IMG/VR virus record: IMGVR_UViG_3300023109_000016 | Origin: an uncultured virus (IMG/VR IMGVR_UViG_3300023109_000016) | Taxonomy: Duplodnaviria > Heunggongvirae > Uroviricota > Caudoviricetes | Length of the DNA: 64,000 bases | Strand: one strand, 5' to 3' | Shown here: in pieces, positions 1 to 8,824 of the stretch | Layout of the letters: each line of letters opens with the position of its first letter | Numbering within the stretch: position 1 is the stretch's first letter | Translations under genes and position numbers: made by a program | The notes under the pieces: generated by a model | The model's input: only the letters and a program-made list of their open reading frames with translations | Told to the model about the DNA's origin: nothing | Databases searched by the model: none

Positions 1-108
1 AAAATGTTAATTTAGCGGTGGCTCAACCATAATGATGGCTTGATTTGAGGTCAAACCATAAAGTTTCCACATAAATGTTTGCTTTCTATAGGGAGTGGGG
101 GGTATGTT

Positions 109-462
109 TCATCTATATCTTCTATTATTTTTCCTTTTACTTTTTTGAGGAGGTTTGAAAGCCCACCTTACTGCATCTACTCTAAGAGCGTCATTGGTCA
201 TTGGCTGATTTAGCCTTCTTAGCATAATTGTTTTTAAGATTCCCTTTCTAACAATTCCTACTACTGTATCGCCATTACTTTCCCAACCAGAATCATCTGT
301 TTTTCTGAATGTTGAAAGAGGCATGGCTATAATCCCAATATCTCTCATTTCCTTATTTTCAAGCCTATTCCACCTTTGAAAAATTGTGTTAATGATTTGA
401 TTTCTTTCTGTTTCGGTCAGTCTTAGTTTCATTCTGTCAAATGCATGATTGTCTACTTGCAT
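109..462 (-). CDS. Hypothetical basic protein (HA..RM..R motif, possibly DUF4258/RelE-like fold)
   Basis: ORF 109..474; the ATG at 462 lies 23 nt after a TTTATATA box (492..485); NHAFDRMKLR motif. Confidence 0.55.
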   Translation of the reverse strand: MQVDNHAFDRMKLRLTETERNQIINTIFQRWNRLENKEMRDIGIIAMPLSTFRKTDDSGWESNGDTVVGIVRKGILKTIMLRRLNQPMTNDALRVDAVRWAFKPPQKSKRKNNRRYR

Positions 463-525
463 GATATTATCCAATACTCCATAGTATATAAAATCTCTCC
501 TGTTTTTCGTCTGCGTTTTGGAAAT

Positions 526-690
526 TAACGGATTTGGTATACTTTGAACGGTTTTGGTATCTTATGCCTCGCAAGCAATTTGTTTTGGGAACTAACGGAA
601 AAGGTATCTTCTAACGGATATGGTATCCTTTAACGAAAAAGGTATCCTTTAATAACGAAAAAGGTATCCTTTATTAACAGAAAGGGTATC
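526..690 (+). repeat. Seven iteron-like direct repeats, consensus TAACG-N5-GGTATC
   Basis: Copies start at 526, 546, 593, 612, 631, 653 and 675; intergenic. Confidence 0.9.
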
Positions 691-1248
691 TTATTTTTGT
701 TCAAAGGGATTTTGGCTCCAATTCATAAAGGGCAACGGTTTATCCTTAACATATCCTAAAACGAGGGAGGTTAAATTCATAGTGGGATATAATGACCAAT
801 CAAATTTCCAATCTATAAGGTCTTTGGCATCCCAAGTTAAAAATCTGCCATCACTTTTTAAAAATGATTTTAAATCATCTGATATCGCATCAACGACCTC
901 GGACAACATTCCATTTCTCATTAGCGTTAGAAATTGAGAAACCGTTATAAAAAATGAATTGTTAATATCTGCCTTTCCATCGGAGTTATATTTTACGAAT
1001 CCCATCCAAGTTAATGTTTTATCCATGAAAAAACAGGATTCTGTTATTAGTCCAATCATTCCAATAGGGGGCTCCATTGCAAAAGGAGAGTTTTGAATTT
1101 CAACACTTATCTCTTTTTTCAAATCCCCTATTTTGGGCATGGTATAGTGCCTTATCTTATACTGATTCAATCCTGTAAAATAGGATTCCCACATAACTAC
1201 TGCCTGTGCAAAGTCTATCTTTGAAAGCGTATTTTGAAAATCACTCAT
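691..1248 (-). CDS. Hypothetical protein with C-terminal FMNW tag
   Basis: 185 aa, ends PFMNWSQNPFEQK; ATGA overlap with upstream gene. Confidence 0.8.
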   Translation of the reverse strand: MSDFQNTLSKIDFAQAVVMWESYFTGLNQYKIRHYTMPKIGDLKKEISVEIQNSPFAMEPPIGMIGLITESCFFMDKTLTWMGFVKYNSDGKADINNSFFITVSQFLTLMRNGMLSEVVDAISDDLKSFLKSDGRFLTWDAKDLIDWKFDWSLYPTMNLTSLVLGYVKDKPLPFMNWSQNPFEQK

Positions 1249-1928
1249 TTTCTCACCTCAAAGGGATTTTCTTTCCAATTCATAAATGATACCTTAGTAG
1301 TGTTAATCCATTCAGTAACATCTAACCTATAATCTGCTTGTATTTTTTTTAAAGGAGCCAAATAAATATTAAACCAAGGCTCAAATTCTCCTTTTAGTTC
1401 AGTATCTTCAGGGAACCAATCTAACATCCTTGATTCACCTCTTTTTGGAAGCATCATTTTACCCTTATTTTCAGACCAAAGGTTTAAAACATAAACAACA
1501 AAGTAATCATTCGTATTTGGAATGATTGTTCCTGCTGTAATTCTTTCCTCAAGGTAAACAACAAGACCGCCCTGACCCATGTAATATCTGCCTACTTCAT
1601 ATTCTGCTGGACTACCTCTCAATCCCTCATTTAATAAGAGTTCTACCTTTGAAGGGACATCCACTAAGTTTTTAAATACGGGATAATATTTTGCTATCTT
1701 TCTAAAAGAGGATACATAATATCCCATCTCTCTATATTTATCACAATCCTTTGCAAGGAGTTTAAAATCATATGTGATTTCAGCAGGGTGCGATGGATTT
1801 TTTCTTGAATTTCCAGAAAATTCCATATATTCTAATGTAATAAATGGAGACCATAAACTGAGAATATTATTCAAAATCTGAGTCTCATGGACAAGACCTT
1901 TCCTTTCATATTCCTCAATCCTAATCAT
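1245..1928 (-). CDS. Hypothetical protein with C-terminal FMNW tag
   Basis: 227 aa, ends SFMNWKENPFEVRK. Confidence 0.8.
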   Translation of the reverse strand: MIRIEEYERKGLVHETQILNNILSLWSPFITLEYMEFSGNSRKNPSHPAEITYDFKLLAKDCDKYREMGYYVSSFRKIAKYYPVFKNLVDVPSKVELLLNEGLRGSPAEYEVGRYYMGQGGLVVYLEERITAGTIIPNTNDYFVVYVLNLWSENKGKMMLPKRGESRMLDWFPEDTELKGEFEPWFNIYLAPLKKIQADYRLDVTEWINTTKVSFMNWKENPFEVRK

Positions 1929-2383
1929 TATTTCACCTCAAAGGGATTTTCGTTCCAATTCAAATAAATTTTAGGCAGACCCTTCCAAATATATGGGATT
2001 GCATCCTGTTTATTCACTCCGCCTTTCCATAGCCAATTTTCATATCTATTGGGATACTGATAATCATGCGATTTCTTTCTTACTGTAATATTTTTGTCAT
2101 ACGCTCCAGAGGAGAATTTATTCAAAGGAAACCCACTCAAAATATCTTCGCCCGACCTTTTATAAAAAATCACATCATAAATATCATAGAATATCCCCCA
2201 ACCTTCATCTGTAGTCCCATCTTCAAAATTGGTGAAAATATGAAATCTGGAATTAATACCGTTGAAATATCTATAAGAATGAAATATTATATCATCACCT
2301 TGAGGTATATATCCCTTCTTAACAGGCCTAAGCCCCTTTTCAAAAGTTTTTCTATCCATGCCTAAAAAGAAATTTAAATTCAT
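1928..2383 (-). CDS. Hypothetical protein with C-terminal FMNW-like tag
   Basis: 151 aa, ends YLNWNENPFEVK. Confidence 0.8.
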   Translation of the reverse strand: MNLNFFLGMDRKTFEKGLRPVKKGYIPQGDDIIFHSYRYFNGINSRFHIFTNFEDGTTDEGWGIFYDIYDVIFYKRSGEDILSGFPLNKFSSGAYDKNITVRKKSHDYQYPNRYENWLWKGGVNKQDAIPYIWKGLPKIYLNWNENPFEVK

Positions 2384-2427
2384 GATGCTCTATTATCAAT
2401 AATAGATTCTGTTATATAAAGATAATC

Positions 2428-2439
2428 TTTAAATAGTCG
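2428..2439 (+). promoter_or_regulatory. Class-L (putative late) TATA promoter TTTAAATAGTCG
   Basis: Same 12-mer at 4548(+), 36122(-), 44691(-), 52310(-), 63921(-), each about 22-23 nt before an ATG. Confidence 0.8.
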
Positions 2440-2457
2440 GAATGAGATTGTTTGATT

Positions 2458-2628
2458 ATGATGCTCAATGCTAAGGAAGAACAAGATTGGTTCGGTGCTG
2501 AATCTTATGAATCAGAATTCACAGATACTGTAAAGGTTGGATTTGCATTAGGTGCAGGTTTGGCTCTTTTCCAAGTTGCAGTTATTGCTACCGCAGTAAC
2601 TCTGGGAATGATTACGAACAAAGATTAA
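2458..2628 (+). CDS. Small membrane protein with FGAESYESE linker (not in ORF track)
   Basis: 56 aa MMLNAKEEQDWFGAESYESEFTDTVKVGFALGAGLALFQVAVIATAVTLGMITNKD; class-L promoter directly upstream. Confidence 0.75.
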   Translation: MMLNAKEEQDWFGAESYESEFTDTVKVGFALGAGLALFQVAVIATAVTLGMITNKD

Positions 2629-2630
2629 TA

Positions 2631-3071
2631 TTATTTGGTTTGAAATGGATTTTTAGTCCAATTCATGAATTCCCAATATCCAGCCCTTAATCCATATTTT
2701 TTTATATCCCAATCCTTCAAAATTCCATATTCCATAATTAATACTACTCTGAGGGGGTCATCCTCCAACAGATATTCCTCATATCTTTGAAGCCAATATT
2801 TCTTGACTCTCTGTAATATTTCTCCCATTTCAGCATATAATTCCTTAGAAAAGTAAAAAGGGCTTAAATCCGAATTCCCGTAAAAAGGGATTTTTTGACT
2901 TTCAAGTATACATTCCACAATCTCTTCGTAATTCATTTCAGTTATTGCTTTTGTAGAAATTGAATGCATCTTCCAAGCAAAAGGTCTTCTATCATCCGCC
3001 AAAATATGAGCATAAAATTCAGGCATACCTCCATCCATCAACCATTTTTTAGTCGCAGATTTGACTACCAT
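2631..3071 (-). CDS. Hypothetical protein with C-terminal FMNW tag
   Basis: 146 aa, ends EFMNWTKNPFQTK. Confidence 0.8.
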   Translation of the reverse strand: MVVKSATKKWLMDGGMPEFYAHILADDRRPFAWKMHSISTKAITEMNYEEIVECILESQKIPFYGNSDLSPFYFSKELYAEMGEILQRVKKYWLQRYEEYLLEDDPLRVVLIMEYGILKDWDIKKYGLRAGYWEFMNWTKNPFQTK

Positions 3072-3072
3072 A

Positions 3073-3573
3073 TTACTTCACCTTAAAAGGAGGTTCATTC
3101 CAATTCAAAAAATTGAAAGCACACTTACATCCCAAAACCTGTGAAGTAATACCATAAAGTGCCTGACCACTCCAAACATAGGTGTAGGTTCCATCTGGAT
3201 TAATTTTGTGTTGTCTGGCACTACTCCAAGTAGTTACTGCATTTAATCTAATATCCTCTAAAACGAGTGTTTCATCCTCTTCTCTATCTCTTAAATATTG
3301 GTAAACGCTTACAAAATAAGTATTCTCAGGATTAGTAGGGTCTATATATCCTGCATAAATAATATCCGAATCTACAAAAAACCCCTTTTCAGTTATACCC
3401 ATATAATCCAACTGGTTAGAACCGAAGAAAAGTGGGGGCCATTGAGTTTTTTTACCTAATTTTTTCCCTCTCCTCACATTCTGTTCCCAATATTTCTCGG
3501 TAGAATATGGATATTCCTTCAACACATAATATATCCAATCCCTCAACCTTTCAATAGATTCGGATTTATCCAT
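3073..3573 (-). CDS. Hypothetical protein with C-terminal FLNW tag
   Basis: 166 aa, ends NFLNWNEPPFKVK; TTTAAATAGC promoter upstream. Confidence 0.8.
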   Translation of the reverse strand: MDKSESIERLRDWIYYVLKEYPYSTEKYWEQNVRRGKKLGKKTQWPPLFFGSNQLDYMGITEKGFFVDSDIIYAGYIDPTNPENTYFVSVYQYLRDREEDETLVLEDIRLNAVTTWSSARQHKINPDGTYTYVWSGQALYGITSQVLGCKCAFNFLNWNEPPFKVK

Positions 3574-3639
3574 AATCTTACATTTTTATTCTGCTATTTA
3601 AAGTTAAGTTAATAAGGGTGTTTTGATTATCCTTCATTT

Positions 3640-4545
3640 ATGAGGTGGTATTCCAACAAAGCAGTTCAAGAAGGCATTGCTTCTGCAATGAAAAACAGAG
3701 AGGCAATCTGGGCTCAATTTCCGAGAAGTGGAGATGCACCCTTTTGGGCAAGAAGGACTAAGGTTACAGGCTCTGCCTCTGTTGATTATTGGACTAAGAC
3801 TTTGAACAGAGAATATAATTCTATCGGTGCTTTCTTCGGTTCTAACATCATAAATTGGGATGCTATGGACATGGAACCCCCTCCTTTGAGAAGTAAGCAA
3901 TTTTCAAGAAAACAATATGCAGAAATTTGGAAGCAATATCTAACACCTGAAGGTTGTGCAGAAAGAGGGCTTGATTGGGAAGACATCTGGGTCGGAAAAA
4001 CCTTAGTTTTTGATTTTGACAGTCCGCTCAATCCTATGAAATCATTTCACAAAGCAGACAAACTCGCCAGATACTTGAAGTCCCTCGGCTACGCACCTAT
4101 GGTTGTGTTTAGTGGCTCTAAAGGTTTTCACCTTCACCTAAATCAAGAAGATTCGGAAAAAGCAGTTGGTTTTAAGTTGGCTGATTGGAAACATTTAAGC
4201 GACCCTTTGAAAAAGATAGGGAAATTGTATGCTGAAAAGGTGGTAACATTGTGTGAGGAGGCTGAAGTTTCATATGCTAATGAGGATAGGTCGCCTAATT
4301 TTAGACAAGGAATCGTGAGGTGTCCGTATTCCATTCACCCTAAAACAGGTCAAATCGTTTGGCCTTTAGACGGTGCTAATTTAAGGGCTCTTAGAAAACA
4401 TAAAGAATTAAGCGTAATTGAGATTGTAAAGTTTTTACATCCTTGGGATATTCCTGTTCAATCCTTTATGGCTGAACAAGAATTGACATTTATTACTCCT
4501 GAATTCAAAATTTCTTCCAGAGGGATGCCTTTTTGGGAAGACTAA
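3640..4545 (+). CDS. priS: Archaeo-eukaryotic primase catalytic subunit (PriS-like)
   Basis: AEP motifs LVFDFD, FSGSKGFHL, IVRCPYSIHPKTG. Confidence 0.85.
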   Translation: MRWYSNKAVQEGIASAMKNREAIWAQFPRSGDAPFWARRTKVTGSASVDYWTKTLNREYNSIGAFFGSNIINWDAMDMEPPPLRSKQFSRKQYAEIWKQYLTPEGCAERGLDWEDIWVGKTLVFDFDSPLNPMKSFHKADKLARYLKSLGYAPMVVFSGSKGFHLHLNQEDSEKAVGFKLADWKHLSDPLKKIGKLYAEKVVTLCEEAEVSYANEDRSPNFRQGIVRCPYSIHPKTGQIVWPLDGANLRALRKHKELSVIEIVKFLHPWDIPVQSFMAEQELTFITPEFKISSRGMPFWED

Positions 4546-4547
4546 TC

Positions 4548-4559
4548 TTTAAATAGTCG
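4548..4559 (+). promoter_or_regulatory. Class-L promoter TTTAAATAGTCG
   Basis: Precedes ATG 4578 of a four-gene membrane protein operon. Confidence 0.8.
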
Positions 4560-4577
4560 TAAGAATTTAGAAGAGTT

Positions 4578-5459
4578 ATGAAGACTGCAGGTATTATAAT
4601 TGGAGTTTTAATGGTAGGTGGTGCAGTAGTAGCACTTTCTAACAACGCTTCTGCTTCTAATACAAATGTAGTAAGTGGTTGCACATTCCCAAATGCCACT
4701 AATTATAATCCTAATGCTACGGTTGATAATGGAACTTGCTTATTTGAAGAACAAGATGATTCTGAAAATTACCAACAACAAAAGGAAGAGCAAAGAGAGC
4801 AAGAAAGGGAACAACAACAACAACAACAACAACAAGAAGAATTGGAAGAAGTTGATTGTTCAGGATTTAAATCACAAAGTTCTAATATCCACGATGTCAT
4901 GCATTTAACGACAGGAACGGTTACTAAAGGCTATGCCGCAGGACACGCTCTTGAAAAATTGAATGTAAAGATTTATACTGATAAACAAAAATATTTGGCT
5001 GGAGAAAATATTATCATTTATACTTTAAAACAAAGATATTATGACCCTGCATTGGGTTCTGGAGGTTGGGAAGCATGGGGAACTGCAACTTCAAAAAGCG
5101 GAGAGGGAATGTCCATGTCTTTAAAGGTTCAATCCAATGATGAAATTTATAACTTATTCAATGGAAGTGCATTAAATGGTGCTACATTGGTTAAAGGATA
5201 TAAGCCTTTTAGTGGAAATATGGATAATTGGTCTTTTAGAAAAATTACTATTTCAACTGCAAGTTTATCTAATATTAAGGAACCTGTGAAATTTAAAATA
5301 TATTCTAAAATTGATATGGATGGTCATAAAGATAAATCAAAAACAAAGGAATCTGCATTCACGGTTTATCCTGCAAGTTGTTCCAAAACACAAGATGCAG
5401 AAAGTTACTCGCAAGATGAAGAAATTATGTCATTCCAATCATTCGTGTATCCTTGGTGA
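4578..5459 (+). CDS. Membrane-anchored or secreted protein with GCTxxxAxNYxxxAxxDxGxC motif and poly-Q
   Basis: N-terminal hydrophobic helix; GCTFPNATNYNPNATVDNGTC; (CAA)8 at 4812-4835; DAESY near C-terminus. Confidence 0.75.
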   Translation: MKTAGIIIGVLMVGGAVVALSNNASASNTNVVSGCTFPNATNYNPNATVDNGTCLFEEQDDSENYQQQKEEQREQEREQQQQQQQQEELEEVDCSGFKSQSSNIHDVMHLTTGTVTKGYAAGHALEKLNVKIYTDKQKYLAGENIIIYTLKQRYYDPALGSGGWEAWGTATSKSGEGMSMSLKVQSNDEIYNLFNGSALNGATLVKGYKPFSGNMDNWSFRKITISTASLSNIKEPVKFKIYSKIDMDGHKDKSKTKESAFTVYPASCSKTQDAESYSQDEEIMSFQSFVYPW

Positions 5460-5464
5460 TAATT

Positions 5465-6031
5465 ATGGGTAAATTAAAAACATTAACGAGCGTTTTTACG
5501 AAATCTGCTAAGGCAGGTGATGAATTAGTTTCAATTCAAGGAAAATCTCTTGATGAAGTTGGGCAGTTAATGGGTAAATCAGTAACCACTAATGGAAAAT
5601 TACAAATAGGGGCTGGTTGGAAACTTGTTGATGAATCAGGCTCTGTTTTGAAAACAGGTGGGCAATTTACTGATGAGATTCCTGCGGGTGCTAAATTATT
5701 GGATGTTAATAAGGCAAGAGCCGTCAAGGGAGTTCAAGGTGTAAATACTGCAAATGATTTTAGATTTCCCTTTTCTTCCAAAACAAGTTTTAGAATGGGA
5801 GTATTTGCCGTAATAGGATATACTGCTTGGGAATTAATTTCATTCGTAGGGGCAATTTCTTCTACATTAGGAGATGTTATCAATAACTTTTTTGGACTTG
5901 ATTGTCCAGAAACGGATGTTGAATGTCAAAAAGAAGCCTCTGATAAATTGGTTTACTTAGGAATGGGTATTGCCGCAGTAGGAGCCATCAGTTTATTCAA
6001 TTTCTTTAAGCCTTCTAAGAGGGAGGCTTGA
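5465..6031 (+). CDS. Membrane protein (2 TM, C-x6-C loop)
   Basis: ORF 5453..6031; GGTGA SD favours ATG 5465; two hydrophobic segments. Confidence 0.7.
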   Translation: MGKLKTLTSVFTKSAKAGDELVSIQGKSLDEVGQLMGKSVTTNGKLQIGAGWKLVDESGSVLKTGGQFTDEIPAGAKLLDVNKARAVKGVQGVNTANDFRFPFSSKTSFRMGVFAVIGYTAWELISFVGAISSTLGDVINNFFGLDCPETDVECQKEASDKLVYLGMGIAAVGAISLFNFFKPSKREA

Positions 6032-6035
6032 TAGA

Positions 6036-7028
6036 GTGTGGATGCAAACAGGCTCAGGTAAATCAGCAACCACTAAATGGGGTGGCGGTTCAATTTCATG
6101 TAAAACTTCTTTTAAAACAGAAATGTTTTTAGTCAATAAAGATAATAAAAGAGTAAATCCTACGCTTGAAAAAGGACAATATGTTTTCACGGAGATTAAT
6201 GCTGGAGATATAATTAGGTATAAAGTAGAGACAGGGGCAGAATCTAAAAAACCTGCTTCAGACAAATTCACATTTGTTGTTAATTCTATAAATTGGACTT
6301 ATCTAATCAATACTATGAATCAAATGATGGCAACTGCTACAGAAGAGGAAATCCAAGTTTGGAATTCTAATTCTAAAGCGTATCAAGCGGCTTTGGCAGA
6401 AAGGATTGATATGTCCAAATATATTGTAACGATTTTTAGCGAATTAAAATCTACTAATGAAGAAGGAATTTATGAGGGTTCAGTTAAAGTCCCATCAATA
6501 TGGGCCTCAGGACCTATCACTATCTCTTTATTTTATGGATATGATAACGATTTGAATACCTCGGATTTTTCAAGATATTTAAAGTCCTCTATTGATACAA
6601 TCGGGTGGATTGCTTTAGGAATTACAGTAGTAGCCATAACGATTGGAACTCTCGGAATAGGTGGTGCAGTAGCAGGTGGAATTGTAGCCATAGGAAGTTC
6701 AACGGCTATTTTAGCAATTGATGCAGTTGAAATTTCTTTGTTGCTTCATGAACAATTGACTCAAGGAATTTCTGCTCAAATAGGTAGAAATAAATATGGA
6801 TGTTCATTCCCAGAAGGAGGTTATCTACATATGTATAGTGGCGTAGTTATTAATCCTCAAAACGACCCGTTCCAAAATATCAGCCAAGAAACAATCCCGG
6901 AATCAGAGCAACAATCTGCCCTTAATATAGGTGGATTGAATCTTAATTTAAATACTATTTTGACAGTATTAGGAGGTGCAGGATTAATTATTTTAATTTC
7001 TTCCTTGGTAGGTGATACTAATGAGTGA
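6036..7028 (+). CDS. Membrane protein with long Gly/Ala-rich hydrophobic hairpin and C-terminal TM
   Basis: IGWIALGITVVAITIGTLGIGGAVAGGIVAIGSSTAILAI segment; C-terminal TM. Confidence 0.7.
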   Translation: MWMQTGSGKSATTKWGGGSISCKTSFKTEMFLVNKDNKRVNPTLEKGQYVFTEINAGDIIRYKVETGAESKKPASDKFTFVVNSINWTYLINTMNQMMATATEEEIQVWNSNSKAYQAALAERIDMSKYIVTIFSELKSTNEEGIYEGSVKVPSIWASGPITISLFYGYDNDLNTSDFSRYLKSSIDTIGWIALGITVVAITIGTLGIGGAVAGGIVAIGSSTAILAIDAVEISLLLHEQLTQGISAQIGRNKYGCSFPEGGYLHMYSGVVINPQNDPFQNISQETIPESEQQSALNIGGLNLNLNTILTVLGGAGLIILISSLVGDTNE

Positions 7029-7557
7029 AATTAAAACATTAAAATTGAAATCCTCAGATTGTGAACAAATTATTACAATCTCTGTAGAGCCTGATGTAAA
7101 ATATCAAAAATGGGCAGGAAGGTCTTTTTTTTCTACACCACCATTTACTAAAAACATAGTTATCACTTTAGAGGTTGATGGAGATTCTGCAATCCAAAAA
7201 CACTCTGTAAAAATGACGCTTCAAAAATTCCAAGGTTCACAAAGAATCATGAAAGATAGCACTTATCAAATATCAGGAGGACTGCCTTTGAGCATCCCTA
7301 TTGATTCTTATTCAAGTTATATTATGGAATTTAAAACAAACGAATGGGGTGAAGAATGTAAAAAACCAGAAGGTTCGGTTCAATACACTTTAATCAATCA
7401 AGGGGAAAAAATTTCAAATGAAAGTAACGGAAATAACGGAAACGGAGGAGGAGAGGGGAGCGAAGAGGTATCTCCTCTCATCACTCCTTTGAAAGTAACT
7501 GTTGCCATGCTTGCTGGAGGAGGAGTTTTCTTAGTAATGTCTTCAATATTTAAATAG
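7021..7557 (+). CDS. Beta-rich protein with C-terminal TM anchor
   Basis: ORF 7012..7557; AGGTGA SD before ATG 7021; Gly/Asn linker then TM. Confidence 0.7.
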   Translation: MSEIKTLKLKSSDCEQIITISVEPDVKYQKWAGRSFFSTPPFTKNIVITLEVDGDSAIQKHSVKMTLQKFQGSQRIMKDSTYQISGGLPLSIPIDSYSSYIMEFKTNEWGEECKKPEGSVQYTLINQGEKISNESNGNNGNGGGEGSEEVSPLITPLKVTVAMLAGGGVFLVMSSIFK

Positions 7558-7578
7558 GTGTAATGTAATAATAGCATC

Positions 7579-8166
7579 ATGCAGGATTATCCTAATTCTT
7601 TTGCAAAACAAGGCGAAGGTCTAAGAGGTCTTGAAGTAATCCCAGAATCTAAAGAGTTAGGATATTATATTATGCAGAAGGGTAATAGCCAATCCGCAGT
7701 TCCACATAGTTGTTATTGCCCTTCATGCTCATCAACAGATGAGTATAAATATGGAAAGGTTCAAAGAAAGTGGTCCTTAGATATTGCTGATTTAGAATTT
7801 AAGTTATCATATAAAAAGGATGAAAAAGGACTATATGCTTCTTGTGATGTATGCGGTTTTGATTTAAGAGAGGAATTATATATTGAGCCTCAAATCAAGG
7901 CAGAAACGCCTAAAGCAATTGAGAAGGAGATTATGATTCAAGGTGCTTATTTCAGCGAAGGATTTTATTGGATAGGTGTTGATGATTTCAAGAAAACTAT
8001 GATTAAATTTAGAGAAGGTGTTAAAGTAAAATTATGCATTCAACAAAAAATAGGTCCAAGTGTAAATATTTTAACAATGAGTCATGATGCATTCAAAAAT
8101 GCTTCTCAATTAAGTATGAAAAATCATAAAATCGGCATTCCAAGGAAATTTTGGATAAACAATTAA
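7579..8166 (+). CDS. Zinc-ribbon protein
   Basis: CPSC...CDVC; TTTAAATAG promoter upstream. Confidence 0.65.
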   Translation: MQDYPNSFAKQGEGLRGLEVIPESKELGYYIMQKGNSQSAVPHSCYCPSCSSTDEYKYGKVQRKWSLDIADLEFKLSYKKDEKGLYASCDVCGFDLREELYIEPQIKAETPKAIEKEIMIQGAYFSEGFYWIGVDDFKKTMIKFREGVKVKLCIQQKIGPSVNILTMSHDAFKNASQLSMKNHKIGIPRKFWINN

Positions 8167-8208
8167 ATAGTCAATTATTTTATATAGGTATACGGAAGAG
8201 TGTTTGGC

Positions 8209-8793
8209 ATGGACCTTAAGTATGAGATGCAATCTTTTATGAATAATTGTGGCGGTGAAGATTTAATTAGATATTTGATTAAAGAGGATGGGATTCTAAA
8301 TTGGAAAACAATTGAATTGCAACCCGTTATCGCTTATTCTCCCAAACACATGGATTCAGCAGTAATTGCAGGAATTGCATATTGGAAAGGAACTTCGTAT
8401 GAAATTATTGTTTCAGAACAAAATTTCAATAATCCTGTTTTTGAAGAATGGGTTAATTATTTAATGGAAAAAAGTCATTACGATACGGTGGCTCACGCTC
8501 TCCTTGACCATCACAAAGCAATTGTAGTTTCATCAAGAGAGATGGCAGAATCTAAAACCAAATCTTGGGAAGAAATAGTAACCGAAGTTATTTATGGAAC
8601 CAGAAAGAATAACTTTGAAGAATTGGTAAAAACAGATACAATAATTAAAGAAATAGATATTCTTTCAAAGATTTTTGATGCTTTACTATCTTCTGGAGGT
8701 AGTTCAGTTGTTACAGACTATAACAATTCAAAGGCACAAACTAAGAAAAGATTGCCCACATTTGATACTGAATGGCAAAAAAGATGGGCATAA
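8209..8793 (+). CDS. Hypothetical protein
   Basis: ORF 8200..8793; TTTATATAGGTAT promoter favours ATG 8209. Confidence 0.65.
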   Translation: MDLKYEMQSFMNNCGGEDLIRYLIKEDGILNWKTIELQPVIAYSPKHMDSAVIAGIAYWKGTSYEIIVSEQNFNNPVFEEWVNYLMEKSHYDTVAHALLDHHKAIVVSSREMAESKTKSWEEIVTEVIYGTRKNNFEELVKTDTIIKEIDILSKIFDALLSSGGSSVVTDYNNSKAQTKKRLPTFDTEWQKRWA

Positions 8794-8824
8794 TCTTTAA
8801 ATATGAAGAAGATAATTGTTAGAT

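Noticed and set aside
526..690. CRISPR array
   Set aside because: Units are 16 bp, mostly with 3-6 bp gaps; no spacer-length unique sequences and no cas genes.
1245..1945. Terminal EVK/EVRK/EGEK residues as part of the peptide tag
   Set aside because: They are encoded by GAGGTGA/GAGGGTGA, the Shine-Dalgarno of the next overlapping gene; only F.NW...PF is treated as the tag.
691..3573. Integron-like cassette array with attC sites at the FMNW motif
   Set aside because: No inverted repeats or integrase seen, genes overlap by ATGA/TAATG, and the motif shows synonymous variation.
4812..4835. (CAA)8 as a phase-variation switch
   Set aside because: In-frame triplet repeat encoding poly-Gln in a linker; slippage would not shift the frame.
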